Assembly (NCBI RefSeq): GCF_009914755.1
Contig: NC_060928.1
DNA length: 64,000 nt
Reading direction: 5' to 3' (one strand)
From: the human T2T-CHM13v2.0 reference genome, Homo sapiens
The notes under the pieces are model-generated. The model worked only from the letters and a program-made list of their open reading frames with translations, was not told the DNA's origin and did not search any database. The position numbers and the translations under genes are program-made. Below, one piece after another: positions 28,245 to 46,729 of this stretch; the stretch's first letter is position 1, and the number at the start of each line of letters is the position of its first letter.

Positions 28245-28780
28245 CAAGCTGTAGCCAACATTTTCTGTAAAGGTTCATATAGTAAGCATTGAAGGCCCAG
28301 AGTTATCAACCTCAGCGCTACTGACATTTTGTATGAGATAATTATTTACTGGGGAGAGCTGTATTGATCACTCTATGAATCTTAGCAGTATCCAAGTCTC
28401 TTCCCATAAGAGTACAGTAGTATTCACCTCTTATAGTTTCAACAACCAGAAATCTCTCCAGATTTTGTCAAACGTTCCTTAAGACCTAGAAGCAAATTTA
28501 GCCGTGGTTGAGAGCTATTGCTTTGTAATATACAGGTCATACAATCTCGGTTGCAACTATAAAAGTGTCCATAGATGATATGTAAACAAAAGAGCATGGA
28601 TGTGTACCAATAAAAGATTATTAATGAAGACCAAATAGTGAACTTTATACAATTTTCCTGTGTCATAAGTTATTCTTCTTTTGTTTTATTGTTTTTCAAC
28701 CATTTCAAACTTTCAAAACAATTTTTGGCTCATAGGGTAGACAAAATGACAGCAGACCATGGTATTCCAATTCCTAATCT
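28245..28780. mobile_element. MER58-like element split by a nested MER20
   Basis: 'caacattttctgtaaaggttcatatagtaa' resumes after MER20 as 'caggtcatacaatctcggttgcaacta'. Confidence 0.65.
28297..28520. mobile_element. MER20 (hAT-Charlie)
   Basis: 'agttatcaacctcagcgctactgacatttt...acaaccagaaatctctccagattttgtcaaa...ggttgagagctattg'. Confidence 0.75.
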
Positions 28781-29182
28781 AGGGGGTCAAATGATAAACA
28801 AGATGAGTCTCTGCTTCAAAACACTCCTGATCTACAATAACAAATGTTTCTTTACTTGGTAAATCCTTTCAAAAAGATATGTAAAGGTAGCACCAAGGGA
28901 TTTGGTTTACAGAGAAGGCTGCACTGAGAAGGGACTAAATTATCCCAGTAGATGACCAGAAGTCCACCAGGGAGTCCATGTCAGGGGTGGTAGAGAGGCA
29001 CATATTTTATACACCAAACTATCAATTATATATCATTTGATATTGATACAAATGTATATATGTATGTGTATATATTTTTATTTCTTTCAAAGAAGCAACA
29101 TCCCAAAATTAGATAGATTAGAAAGCCTTCTTTCAACCACCTTTCTCCACATTTTTGATTGGTTGGTTGTTGTTGGTACTAG

Positions 29183-29537
<355 letters not shown>

Positions 29538-30959
29538 TGAGACAAGTAGTTTTTCTGTGCTGGAGGAATGACAGCAAAAACAATCATAAATGCAGCAAGC
29601 TTATTTACGAACAAATTGATTTGAGGGAGTTGAAATCAGCAAATATTGGGATGGATTTATGTGAAGGACAAAATTCCTTGAGCTGTTCTTTCCAAATGTA
29701 CCCAAAGAAGCTCTTTGTAATTTTTAAAGAATAAGCTGCATACATTGTGATGAAGTGAACTTAAGGAAATAAAATGCATTCAGTTTGGGGAAAACGGGTT
29801 TTTTTCCCCTTTATTTCCTTGAGTTTTATCTTCCCTATCAAGTTGCTGCCATCCTCAGAGCAGTGGTTTCTGTAACATGTACTGATATAGACAACCCAAT
29901 ATCAGAACTATATTTGCCGTGTAACTTTAATCCTCAACTTTGGCCACAACTATTCACAGTGATTAATACCAACTGAGCTATACAGTTGTCAGTTGTTCTC
30001 AAGAGAAGCATCAGTGTCTCTTGTGTGCATCTGTGGAAACCACTGAAATGGATAAAATTGAGGGTTAAGCTACCCTGTACTCTAACCATTTCCTTGTAAG
30101 CATCCAGTCTAAGAGTTATTCATCTGACCTCTTCACTAAATAGTACCCTTACACTGTTACCCCAGGAAATGAAATGTACTGTAACAGATCAGGGAACGAC
30201 TCATGCTGATTAGTGAAACTTTCCAAACAACTAAAAATGTGCATCTTTAAGTGTAGATAGATGATAAACAGATACATACACACATGTGTGTATGTATAGT
30301 TATAGATGTACATACATATATATGCATAAGCATATATATGTGTGTATACATATTTCTTGTATGCCATGTATTCTCCTATCATCAATTTCATCTCCTTCTC
30401 TTTTGTATTTTAGTTGGTAATTGGTGTTTCTCCGTTACTATACCATCCCACAATGTGTTTGAGGGAAGCAATTATGGCTTGCTCATATCTGGAGACACTA
30501 CAACACTTTATGCAATGCTTAAGCATGCAGTAAGTATTTGTTGCATTTCAACTCAACTACTAAAAAACTTAATAGTATTACTAAAAACACAATGATTGGT
30601 AAAGGGATATTTTAGAAACAATTATGGTATATGGGTCTTGTTTTAGAGAAATTATTCACCAAATATTACAGATAAATGCTCCAAAAATAATTGTATTTAT
30701 TTTTGCTATTGTCATGCATCTAGTGAAAGATTGAGACTACTAAGTAGTGAAAACAGCCTAAAATATTTTAGTTTATCTCAGAAAATCACATGTAGCAATT
30801 ATCAGATATTACCCACTCTGGTTTCTCAAGCCTCTGCTCTAGGGGAGGGAGTGTTTCCTTAAATTACTTTAAGAATAATGAATAAATAAACGAATGAAAT
30901 TTGAAGAGACAAGACAACTCCTCTGTGGAGTGGCACTCACAAGAAAGAAAATCTAATAA

Positions 30960-31150
30960 AGGTACCTTCAAACTTCAATGTGCATCAAAATCGCCTGTGG
31001 GACTTGTTGAAACACAGATTGCGAGGCTCCATACTCAGAGTTTTCTGCTTCCATAGGTCTGGGTAGATGCCCAGAAATGTGCATTTTTACTAAGTTCCAA
31101 GGTGATGCTGAAGTTGCTGATATGGAACCCTACTTTGAAAAACATAGATC
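30960..31150. mobile_element. MER5A
   Basis: 'aaacttcaatgtgcatcaaaatcgcctg...tgcatttttactaagttccaaggtgatgctga...tactttgaaaaaca'. Confidence 0.8.
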
Positions 31151-32623
31151 TAATGTCATATTTCATGTATCCATCCTTACTATTTCTCTCACTGATTTAG
31201 GTAACTACGTTCTTTTATACATGATAAAATCGACAGTTGGAAATCCAGTTACAACTTCTCTTATCTCATTTGGATAGTGTTTCCATGGAGGATTTCCTTC
31301 TTCATATTTACTGGGAAATTTATGATTTTCTAAATCCTGAATCTCATGAAAAATCTTTCAACAAATCTGAGAAAAGTGTTATAAATCCCCTGTGAGAATT
31401 GAAGCATAACACGCACCATTGAAATGTGACTAATCTTACAGAAAACACTGACTTGAAAGCCAGGGCAGGGAACACCAACACACAGAGTCAAAGATTGAGG
31501 TCAACATTTCTGAGAAGCAGGACAGAACATTTAGAAGAGAAGGTGTCATGATAAATTGATCAGTATGACGTTTCGCTGCTCCCATGTTATCAGTTTGTGT
31601 ACATGGCCCTGTCCATTGCTAATGGTGAGCCATTCCAACAAACAGAAATAAGCTTATATGTACTGTATACTTTATACCCACCCTATGAGTGTTGTTCTAA
31701 GAAATAACAAGTTTAGAAAGCAAAATACATTTTTAATTGCCAATTTCAAAGCATGATTTTCTTAACATTGATAGGAAATTGGAATCTTAACGTTATTTAC
31801 ATAGTGCTTATTAATGTTCAGTGGCATTTTTTCAGTGTTTGAATATTACCTAGGTTACAGTTCCTGGTAAACACTTTATCAGAATTAACGCAAGGAAAGA
31901 AAACCTGAATGTTGTTGTAGAAGACTCTGACATGAAATCAGAAACTGATTTAGAATCTGTTTTAATATTGCAAAGCAATAATAATTTCAACAGCAAATGA
32001 AAATTGGGGCAAGTGGACAAAACGTTTTTATTAATAAGGAATTAAATGTGTTCTAAAGCACTATACATCCTTACAGCTAACCTGGAGAAACTCAGGAATA
32101 AGCTTTCTAAAATATGACCAATTTCAATTCAGAAGGAAATAAATTTTTCTACATCTGAGATATTTGTCACAAAAAAGAGTATTTATATTGAATAGGGTAT
32201 TTAATGTCTTGAGTGTTGTAAAATTTCATTTTAGAATGATAATTTATTAATATTAAGTAATTTATGTTGTCCTTTAGCTTTAAATTATTTTATTTGATAC
32301 TTACTTTTGTGTTCATTCTCCTTCCTTTAGTTTTCCTATTATGAAATATATATATCAAGCTGAGAACATTTGTACATATTATTGAAATATAAATGTTGTC
32401 ACAATATATTAATACTGGTAATAATAAACCATACACTTATTATTACATCCATTTTATTTTGCAAAAAAAAATTTATGAAATAATGTAAATCTACTGCTGA
32501 AAAAAGATTCACTGTTTATTTTTATAGTCACTTATTATTACTGAAAATGCATAAAGTGCTTTGAAAAAAATGTAAAAGAACCTGATTTTGAGAATTTCTA
32601 CAAATTCCCAGGAATTCTAATTT

Positions 32624-33295
<672 letters not shown>

Positions 33296-33435
33296 AATTC
33301 TTATTTGTTGTTTCCAAATTCAAAGATTAATATCTATCAGAAATTTGGAAATGCTATGCTTGACAGAGGCAGGCATTTTCAATTTCCAAGTTTCACGAAG
33401 TAGCAAACACAAGTATTTTATTTCTATTTATTGAT

Positions 33436-33585
33436 TTTTTTAAGCTTTTATTTTAGGTTCAGGGGTACATGTGCAGGTTTGTTGTATAGATAAATTGTGT
33501 CTTGCAGGAATTTGACATACAGATTATTTACCCAGGTAATAAGCTCAGTATCTGATAAGTAGTTTTTCAGTCCTCACCCTCCTCT
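33436..33585 (-). mobile_element. Older L1PA (13-16-like) 3' end fragment
   Basis: 'ttttattttaggttcaggggtacatgtgcaggtttgttg...cccaggtaataagc'. Confidence 0.8.
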
Positions 33586-33654
33586 TGGCCAGATCCTGTT
33601 TATTTATGAATAAATAAACAAATGAAATCTGAAGAGAGAAGACAACTCTCTCTG

Positions 33655-34170
33655 CCCAAATCTGCTCCTTCTGCAAACTTCTTCATCTCAATTTGTGACA
33701 AGTCCATTCTTACCAGCATTTAGGGTGAACACTTGGAACCTTACTTTTTTCTTTCCTTTTCCTCATGCCCCACGCCTAGTTTGGAAGAAAGCTGTGCTGG
33801 GTTTACCTTCCAAATACATCCAGAATCTGACCACCTCTCCACTACCCGAGGCCAAGCCACTGCATTGCACATTTGAGCCATGCAAAAGCTTCCTCGTCTG
33901 CCTTCCTACAGGTTATTCTCAACACAGCTGCCAAAGTCATCCCTTTAACATTTCTCTGGAGTACTTCTCCAGTTCAGAACAAAAGACAAAATTATTGCAG
34001 AAGCCTTATGTGCCCCTCCACGGTGTATCCTTGGTTACTCTCTGTCAACTCCTACTTTATCTCCTTTGCACACTCTGCTCCTTGAACGTACCAGGCTCAC
34101 TCTCTTTTTAAGGCCACTGCTGTTTCCCCTGCCTAGAACATTTTTCCTAGATACCTTTCTTGTTCACTCA
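33655..34170 (+). mobile_element. L2 fragment
   Basis: 'cttccaaatacatccagaatctgaccacctctcc' and 'tgctgtttcccctgcctagaaca'. Confidence 0.75.
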
Positions 34171-34454
34171 GATAATTGGTGAGAACAAGTCTCTTTAATA
34201 GCAAATCGACTGGAAAATACTAGGAAAGCACATGGATGTATGCGGAGAGGTGGATTTTTTTTCTGGCCTGTATTTTGTCCCTTTGCTACTAGTTATTTTA
34301 ATTACCTCCTAGAAATAGGCCATGTTAGCCCACTCATCTTTCTTTTTCCCACAATTGAAGAAATATTTGTTACATTGCCTAGAGCCCAGAATCTCGTTGC
34401 TAGGGTAGAAGTTTCCAAGGGTTCTTTGGCATATGTCCCTGAACAAAAGATGTT

Positions 34455-34747
34455 TTAAAAAATCTTTTATATCATATTTTTACTGTTCCTATTCTATATT
34501 TAGATCTGTTTAGATATATAATACATCCCACTATGTTACTCATGCCTACAATATTCAGTACAATCACATACTGTTTAGGTTTTTGGCCTAGGAGCAATAG
34601 GCCATACTGTATAGCCTAGGTATGTAGTAGGCTATATCGTCTAGGTTTATGTAAGTAAACACTATGGTGTTTGCACAACGATGAAATCACCTAACTGCAC
34701 GTTTCTCAGAACTTAGCTCTGTGCTTAAGCAACAATGCATGACTGTA
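34455..34747. mobile_element. Tigger3 (MER7/Golem) fragment with one TIR
   Basis: 'gcctaggagcaataggccatactgtatagcctaggtatgtagtaggctat...gcatgactgta'. Confidence 0.8.
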
Positions 34748-34878
34748 ACTAAATTGGATACCATGGTGTAAAAAGTAAAGGTTTCCAGTAGCATCCTAAA
34801 AGACTCTTTTCCAGAAACCAGAATGTTTTTATATTTTCAGTAAGCAAGATCTGTTTTGCTTAAAAGAGTGGTTGTTAG

Positions 34879-35612
<734 letters not shown>

Positions 35613-37559
35613 CCTAATCTAAGGTATTTTTTATTTTCCAATTTTTGACTGTGTTTGAGTCATTTACGCAATTATTGTCATTTTTTTTATTTTTACAGGA
35701 TTAAAACCAGTTTTTGAGTAAGAATTTCAAAAGTAATGAGTGGACTGCCTCCTGAACAAAGCATTCAGCACATTGCTTACAGTCCTCTTGCAATCATTTT
35801 GATGATTCTGAATACTCACTAGACACACAGATGCACAGAGCAATATTTGTGTAGAGTGATAGGAATTTCTGTGATGCTGCCAAAATGTTCATTTCTGCAC
35901 ATATAAATCCAACTCCCTTGCATTTATCATAGCTGAAAAATTCTTTGAGGTTTCTGTAACTGGCTTTTAACTGTCTCAGTGCCTGTTTTTTAGAGGGTTA
36001 GCATCCACTAGGAAAGCTTTCCCTGTCCCATTTCCTCAAAGCAAGGTGCTTCAAAAGACAGAACAGCTAGAAGTATTCCAGGGTATATTCATGATCCAAG
36101 CACCCACTCCTGAGAGGAGAGAGAAACAGAATTTAGAGGTAATCCCACCCAATTTTTGGACTTTTATGCAATTTGACTTAAAAAATCCACACCAATCTGG
36201 AGGCATATGGATTTATTTACTCATTTCCTTTGCAGAAGAGTACTTTAGGAATCATTTCTGCCTTTCCCCCACCTCCTGCCTTTCTCTGTCTCATCATTTG
36301 GAGGCTACAGGGGAAATAAATTTATCTTGAAGGAGTGTTATGAATATGATTGTGGCCATTATTTGATTAAATACTCAAAAGATATAATCCTACCCAGCGA
36401 CCATGTCACATGAAGGAACCATGGTTACCATCAATTACTGTTCGTTTTCTGTAAACATGGACCTGAGCCAACTTTAGGGGGAAAATAAAAAGTTGGCAAA
36501 TGATGTATTTGGCATCTTCCATCTGTCTTTTTTTTTTTCTCTACCCCTTCAGTTTTTGCTCTGGGTTTATTATTTTTCTTGGGGCACCAAAACTATTAGA
36601 TCGGGGATTGTGTTTCTCGCCTACACTTCTTTAAATGTCTCCTGCTGTGGAAATGCTGTCCTCTGGCTCTTATTGTTATATTAGGACATCATTTTGAGCT
36701 ACTGCCAGAGTGCTATGGAATCCCTATCTCTGAAATGGATTTCCAGGGAAAGTCTAGGGTAGGCTTTTGAGATGTTAAGCAAGTTCCTTAAGTTCATATA
36801 GCTGCCTGAAAGCAAACAAAGCATTGCATTTTAACAGGTTATCAATTATAAATGGATTTCAGGTATTAAAGAATGGTCAATTATAGATAAACGTTTGGGC
36901 TTAGGACTTTGACTAGAGCCCGTTTCTAGCTGACCTTGTGACTGACGCTGCCACATGGGCTCCACTTTGTTCACCTCGTGCTGCATTCAGGCATCTTGGA
37001 GAATTAACCTCAGTTCCAGAGGCAGGAGCTGCAGAATCTAAGCCAATCACAGTCATCCTGACTCTCATACCGTCGTGAATGTCTTAGGGATGGGCCAATC
37101 AGCATAGAGATTTATTCAGGAGCATGGAAGTGATGGCAACAGATGGGAGAAAACATTTCCTTAGGTCCTTTGGAGAATAAATTTCTTCCATTTTATGAAA
37201 AATATTTTAAGAATATTTAAGGGTCATTAAGAAATGACCCTTTTTCTCTTCTCCAGGGAAGATGAGGAAGGAAGTAGGATAAGGACATGACACTTCTACC
37301 AGGGTTCACAAGGGGGTGCCAGCTTTACAAATACTTTGGCCTCTGAAAGCTGAAAATGATGTGAGGGAATTGGTCCTTGCTGACTTCATCATGCAACTGA
37401 AACAAACCTGCCCTGGAGTCCATGTTTGCTCTGCATTTCCTTCCAATTAAATGAGACCTGTAAATCTCCTTTTTTTTTTTTTTTTAACAATTTCAAGAGT
37501 TTTAAAATTTGCAACCAAAATATTCCTTCACTATTACACCCTCTAAGAATAATAGTCTC

Positions 37560-38041
37560 CAATAAACATATGTGTGCATGTGTCTTTATATTTATTGCAA
37601 CGCTATTCACAATAGCAAAGACTTGAAACCAGCCCAAATGCCTATCAATGATAGACTGAAGAAAATCTGGCACATATACACCATGGAATACTATGCGGCC
37701 ATAAAAAGGATGAGTTCATGTCCTTTGCAGGGACATGAATGAAGCTGGAAAACATCATTCTCAGCAAATTAACACAGCAACAGAAAACCTAACACCCCAT
37801 GTTCTCACTCATAAGTGGGAGTAGAACAGCGAGAACACATGGACACAGGGAGGTGAACATCATACACCGGGGCCTGTTGGAGGGGTGGGGAGCTAGGGGA
37901 GGGACAGCATTAGGAGAAATACCTAATGTAGATGATGGGTTGATGGGTGCAGCAAACCACCATGGCACGTGTATAGCTATGTAACAAACCTGCAAGTTCT
38001 GCACAGGTATCCCAGAACTTAAAGTATAATAAAAAAAATAG
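37560..38041 (+). mobile_element. 5'-truncated L1PA7-like element with a ~30-bp 5' inversion
   Basis: L1 3'UTR plus A tail; exact 14-bp TSD agaataatagtctc (37546-37559, 38042-38055); 37560-37589 is antisense L1. Confidence 0.9.
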
Positions 38042-38105
38042 AGAATAATAGTCTCTAACTTTCTAAAACATCCACATATGCCCAGTACCCAGGTGATTCA
38101 TAATG

Positions 38106-38965
38106 CAGTCATGTATTGTTTAATGATGTGGATATCTTGTGAGAAAAGTGTTGTTAGAAAGATTTCCTATTTGTGCAAACATCATAGAGTACACTTATTA
38201 CACAAACCTAGATGGTATAGTCTGCTACACACTTAAGTTATATGTTATAGTCTATTGCTTCTAGGCTACAAATCTGTACAGCTTGTTACTATACTGAATA
38301 CTATAGGCAGTTGTAAAACAATGTTATATATTTCTGTATCTAAACAGATCTAAACATAGAACATGTACAGTAAAAATAAGGTATAAAAGATTGTCTAAAC
38401 TTGCACACCTTTTATGGCACTTACCATGAATGGACCTTGCAGGACTACGGTTGTTCTGGGTGAGTCAGCGAGTGAATGGTGAGTGAGTGTGAAGGCCTAT
38501 GATATTACTGTACACTACTTCAGATTTTATAAACGCTTAAACTTAGGCTACACTAAATTTATAAAATTAATATTATTTCTGTAATAATAAATAAACTTTA
38601 GCATACTGGAATAGTTTTCTTTATATGCTTTTAATTTTTTAACTTTTTGACTATTTTGTAATAACATTTAGCTTAAAACACACATTGTACAGCTGTCCAA
38701 AAATATTTTGTTTAATTCCTCTTTTATAAGCTTTTCCTATGGTTTTAAATTTTTTTTTGGCTTTTTAAATGACTGGCAGAGCAGCAGGTTTGTTTACACC
38801 AGCATTACCACAAACACATCAGCAATGTGTTGCCCTAGGCAGTTACAATGACTGTGATGTCACTAGGTGATACGAATTTTTCAACTTTTTTATAATCTTA
38901 TGGGAGCACTGTCATATAGGCAGCTCATCATTGACTAATGCATCATGATGCAGTGCATGAATATA
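38106..38965. mobile_element. Tigger3b-like DNA transposon, opposite orientation to the copy at 34455
   Basis: Starts cagtcatg; 'acaaacctagatggtatag'; ends 'cagtgcatga'. Confidence 0.82.
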
Positions 38966-39024
38966 TAATGTGTCTATAAAAATCAGATCTTTTGTCAGAT
39001 AAATTTATGTTAAAAACATATTTG

Positions 39025-39351
39025 GGCTGGACACGGTGAATCACACTTGTAATCCCAGCTCTTTGGGAGGCTGAGGCAGGCAGATCACTTAAACTAAGGA
39101 GTTTGATACCATCCCGGGCAACATGATGAAACTCTGCTCTATAAAAATACAAAAATTTGCCAGGTGTGGTGGCGCATGCCTATAGTCCCAGCTACTTGAA
39201 GGGCTTAGGTGGGAGGATCCTCTTGAGATGGGGTGGTTGAAGCTGCAGTGAGCTGGGATTGAGCCACTGCACTCCAGTTTGGGAGAAACAGCAAGGTCCT
39301 ATCTCAAAACACACACACAGACACACACAGACACACACACACACACACACA
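39025..39351 (+). mobile_element. AluJ with a tail-derived (CA)n microsatellite
   Basis: 'ggctggacacggtg...ggtgggaggatc...gctgcagtgagc...atctcaaaac(ac)n'. Confidence 0.88.
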
Positions 39352-39869
39352 TCCCTTTGAAGAGTCTCACTCCATGTTGAATAAGAGTAATGCTAATAAC
39401 CATGATTAGACCTGCATATTCCTCAATAAAAATATTTTTGAATACCCCTATTATTTTTGCCCACAGAGAATGTACTGTATTTTGCTAGTAATGACAGACA
39501 CTGCAGTTGTGTTTGGTTAATAATGCACAAATATGTTTAACAAAATGTGAATTTTTAAATTCTTCTTTGTTTCAGACATTTGTTTATGCCTAATAACATA
39601 ACACAAATATCAATAGTTTTTATTTTCAAAGAATTAATCCATTAATTTGACATAAAATAACTTTTCTGGTTTTTATGAAGAGAAAAAATATGAGAGAGAA
39701 AAGAAAAACCTGAAGGCAATTATAGGTAAATGAAATTAACTATGAAATTCATTTACATAACTCCAGAATCTCTGTAACTGATATTTCCCTTCAATTTTAG
39801 TGACTGTATATCCTAGTCCCCTACGTGCATATAGTTGGCTGTTCTTTTCCTCCTCACCTTATTTATATC

Positions 39870-40533
<664 letters not shown>

Positions 40534-40899
40534 TAAATGAGCCAATAGTGTAAAGTTCTTAGAAAACTGCCTGGAACACAGTGTGCACTCATTGATTGCT
40601 TTGCCTTATTTATTAATGTTCCTAATCACCAACAGTGTTATATAACATACATGTAGCAAACACTTTTCAGTTGTTTTTATAAATGCAATTTTATTGGATA
40701 CACAGTGCTCTGTGAAGAGTTTCTCATAATATAGTTTATTTTTTATTTGTGGTTGTTTAATAGTTACATTGTTTGTAGTTTGTGAGTTTTAATTTTTTTA
40801 GATGATTATTATAAGTAACCATGTAATGTATCCTTATTTATATATCTTTGATTAAAACTCTCTTATTTCCTTGGGATCCAGTCTCAGAATTGAAATCAC

Positions 40900-41290
40900 T
40901 GGGTGAAGGAGTATACTGGTGTGACATATGTCTTCCAAATATTTCATGGAGTTCCCTACATGTAGCTTCCTTACTGCTGGTTGGGGCCTATTTCTGGCCA
41001 ATGGGCACTGGCCAGTGGGGTGTAGACCTAAGTACGTTGTGTCACTTCCAGGATGAGCATTTAATTTCCAGAGAAAAAAGTTTGGATGTTTTCTCTGTCC
41101 ATTCATGAGGGTCTTGTATTGAAAAATGGAGGCACCAAAAAGAAGCAGTTTATATCACTAAGTTGCTACATGAAGGACAACGTACCAGAGAGTTATGTGA
41201 ATATAAAGCTACCCTACATGATCAAGAAGCAAACAGTTTTGGTGTTAAGTAGTGAGACTTGAGGTCTCTTTGTTATGGCACAAATAGGAT
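40900..41290 (+). mobile_element. MLT1 (old MaLR) LTR fragment
   Basis: 'tttctggccaatggg...gtgtcacttccagg...gtgttaagtagtgagacttgaggtctctttgttatggcaca'. Confidence 0.55.
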
Positions 41291-41302
41291 GCTTCTGTGG
41301 TA

Positions 41303-42010
41303 CAATGGCTTGCCTTTATCCACCCATGGTTTCACTTTCAGAGGTTTTAGTTACCTATGGTCAACTGGGGTGTGAAAATAGGTTAAGTACAGTACAATAA
41401 GATATTGAGAGAGAAAGATACCACATACACATAACATTTATTGCGGTACATTGTTATAATTGCTCTATTTTATTATTAGTTATTGTTGTTAATCTCTTAC
41501 TACACCTAAGTGATAAATTAAACTTTATCATAAGTATGTATGTATAGGAAAAAACATAGTATATACAGGGTTTTGTACTATCTACATTTTCAGGCATCCA
41601 GTGGGGTCTTGGAACATATATCCCATGGATAAGGGGTGATATGGTTTGGCTGTGTCCCCACACAAATCTCATTTTGAATTCCCATGTGTTGTGGGAGGGA
41701 CCCAGTGTGAGGTAATTGAATCATGGCGGCAGCTCTTTCCCTTGCTGTTCTTGTGATAGTGAATAAGTCTCATGAGATCTGATGGCTTTATAAAGAAGAG
41801 TTTCCCTGCACAAGCTCTCTCTCTTTGCCTGCCGCCATCCACGTAAGATGTGACTTCCTCCAACTTGCCTTCCACCATAATTGTGAGGCCTCCCTAGACA
41901 TGTGGAACTGTAAATCATTAAACCTCTTTCTTTTGTAAATTGCCCAGTCTCAGGTATGTCTTTATCAGCAGCACAAAAACAAGCTAATACAAGGGGGAAT
42001 TCCTATACTG
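41303..42010. mobile_element. MER44A (Tigger7 derivative) with THE1A inserted in its right TIR
   Basis: 'ggtttcactttcagaggttttagttacc...caggcatccagtggggtcttggaac...ggataagggg'. Confidence 0.85.
41637..41991 (+). mobile_element. THE1A solo LTR
   Basis: TGATATGGTTTGG...CTAATACA; exact TSD agggg (41632-41636, 41992-41996). Confidence 0.93.
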
Positions 42011-42108
42011 ACTTAGCAGTTGGATGTGAGGAGTTGAGGAAACTGAAATCAGAGTTTGGCAGGATACGGATTCATTTTATAGCACTGCCAAAGTAATTGA
42101 CAAAATAG

Positions 42109-44061
<1,953 letters not shown>

Positions 44062-44604
44062 CTATTACCTATGGATCTGCGGACCTACGTGAAGGATTAG
44101 AAATTAGACACCTGTTGATTGAATGTCATTGAATGCTATTTACAATTTATTATAAGAAAAATAAATTCAGCAAAGAATTGGCCAACTTTCAAACATAATT
44201 GAAGGAAAAAGATAAAGTTCATTAATTCTGTAACTTGCCTGGTTGGAGAAAGTACCTGTTTATCAACTCCGAACAGTAGGAGTAAAGGTTATTAAGTCAA
44301 AAATGTCCAGTAAAACTTTCATCTGATTAAATACTCCCAGGACAAAGAGTAGACTAGAGTGTAATGCCTTTAAATATCATCAATAAAAATTATTAATAAG
44401 GTATTTTATATTTTTGTGCAAATACTAAAATTCACATCTCAACACAGACTGGCCACATTTCAATTAGCCATAACTGCATGTGTCTAGTGGCTACTGTGTT
44501 AGACAGTATAAACCTACCTACTTTAATAATATAGCTCCATATTATAAACTGGTACTTTCAACAACAAGAAGGACCACCACCTTCCTGATGCCTAAGTTAG
44601 AAAG

Positions 44605-45036
44605 TGTGATGGTTAAATGTATATGTCAACTTGAAGGGTGTTTTTGAAAGAGATTAAGATTTAAATTGGTGAACTTCCAGTAAGCACATTGCCCTCCATA
44701 ATGTGTGTGAGCATCATCCAATTAGATGAAGGCCTGATTAGAACCAATAGACCAGCCTCCTTGAGCAAAGGGTAATATATCAGCAGACTGCCTTCAGACT
44801 TAATCTACATGTTTGTTTCTCCCAGGTCTTCAGGCTGTTGTCATTTGAACTAGAACACAACCATGAGCCCTCCTGGGTCTCCAGCCTGTTGGCCAACACA
44901 GCAGATTTTGGACTTGCCAGTCTCCATTATCATGTGAGTCGATTTACATATAAAGATTTAGATATACATATAGATACACATATAGATATATTGATTTATA
45001 TCCAATTGTTTCTGGTTTTCTGGAGAACCTAATACA
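44605..45036 (+). mobile_element. MLT2 (B/D-like) ERVL solo LTR
   Basis: TGTGATGGTTAA...tgtcaacttga start, 'tctggagaacctaataca' end; TSD gaaag/gagag (1 mismatch). Confidence 0.85.
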
Positions 45037-45079
45037 GAGAGCAATTACTTAAATGAAAGTCACTAATTTCAACCTTTTG

Positions 45080-45515
45080 TTCTATTGTCCACATCTGTCA
45101 TAAAGTTTGGAAGTTAAAAACTACATTTTTCAGAATGATTATAGCTAAGGTCTTAGATGCAATTCAGATTCCACTAATGAGTTGCAGTTGCAAGATTTTT
45201 GGAAGATACAAGCGAGGAAAAATCTTTCTTCAATGAAGTGCCAACAGACATAGGATTTCTTCCATTACTAAATTCTACATTCCTTTGTCTAGTAACTGAA
45301 GCAGTTGTAATCGCAACATACTTCTAGCAGCAGCCACAAATATTTTCCTGTTCTTTGTATCACAGCTATAGTGCTATGACCCTGAAACCAGAAATCCAGT
45401 GCAGCTCTCTGACATTTATTCCTTTGTCCTTTCAGCAATTTTCTAAGTACCTAATTACCTTTGGATTGAAATACCCAGAGAGGTTTCTGTTTCCCACATT
45501 AAATTTCACTGGTAG
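45080..45515. mobile_element. LTR33-like ERVL LTR
   Basis: 'aaaactacatttttcagaatg...gctaaggtcttagatgc...acccagagaggtttctgtttcc'. Confidence 0.5.
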
Positions 45516-46729
45516 AATAATGTGTTATATTTAATTATTTGTTAGATTTTTAAAATCAGGGTTAGTTATGGTAAATGCTAAGGTTCTGTAAGAGCTTAAA
45601 ATTTAGTTAGCTAAATAAAAGTATATTTATCCTTTATATAATAGTTCAGAGATACATACATTTTTATTACTTTGCATTGTAAAAAATGAGCATTCTAATT
45701 ATAAAAATATACTGATTTTTCTGTTATATTAATAGTTCTCAAATCTCAGGCATTAGGAAGATAGTGGTTCTTAATAGAGAACCTATGCCAACAAGTTTGG
45801 GAGTGAGAACAAGTTTAGGAGACTAGGTGGAAGCTGCCCATAAGAATATTGTACAGGCTCCTGTATATCTGGAAAGATATTTCAACGACCTATACATATA
45901 TTAAACCAAATCATAGAAGTAAAAATAAGGAGAGATTATTTTGGAAAGGGATTTCTGTCAAACAGAATGTGACACATATTCTCTTTCTAGTCTATTTTAT
46001 TAGCCAGAACTATTTCAGTTGCAAATTTTGTATATTCACCTTAAACTAACTTCAAAGAGTAAGTTGGTTCGCAAACCTAAAAATCCCAGGGGTTGATTAC
46101 GCTTCAAGCAAATGTGGGTCCAGGATTTCCAAATATTGTCAACAGGACTGTTTCATTATTTTCGTTTTCATTTTATTTTATTTTCAGTCAATACAAAGTC
46201 AATTTCATTATCTGAGCTACCCAAGAAGGGACAATCTTCTTTTTCAATAAAAGTCCGATAACAATTCTTAAGCCTCACTGGAAATGATTTAAATAAGATC
46301 ATGTACTCATCCCTGAATCACATTTTTGAGAAGGCATTCAATACTCTGAATAGGTCATATTTCCACTTTGAAGAGGAAGGTAAAATCAGCTGTAACACAA
46401 CACATGTAATGACACTGGGCAATTAAGTTATTTTCCCATGAGAATTAGTTTGTTCTTACTAGAATAAGAAGGTATTGATATTAAGCAGGTAAATATTTGT
46501 AGGTCAGTCTCCAGCTAGATGGCCAGTACACTAAAAATATGTAAACCATTTAATTAAAGTTATATCTTATATATTTACATGCTAATGTTTTATATTTTAG
46601 CATCAAACTTAATAATCTTATTTGATAAAAACTTTGCTATGTCAAATGTAGAAAATAGTGCATAATGGGTGCAAAATAAATATTTGTTGAGTTAGTTAAT
46701 GTGTTTCCATTGGCAACATTTATTCATTA

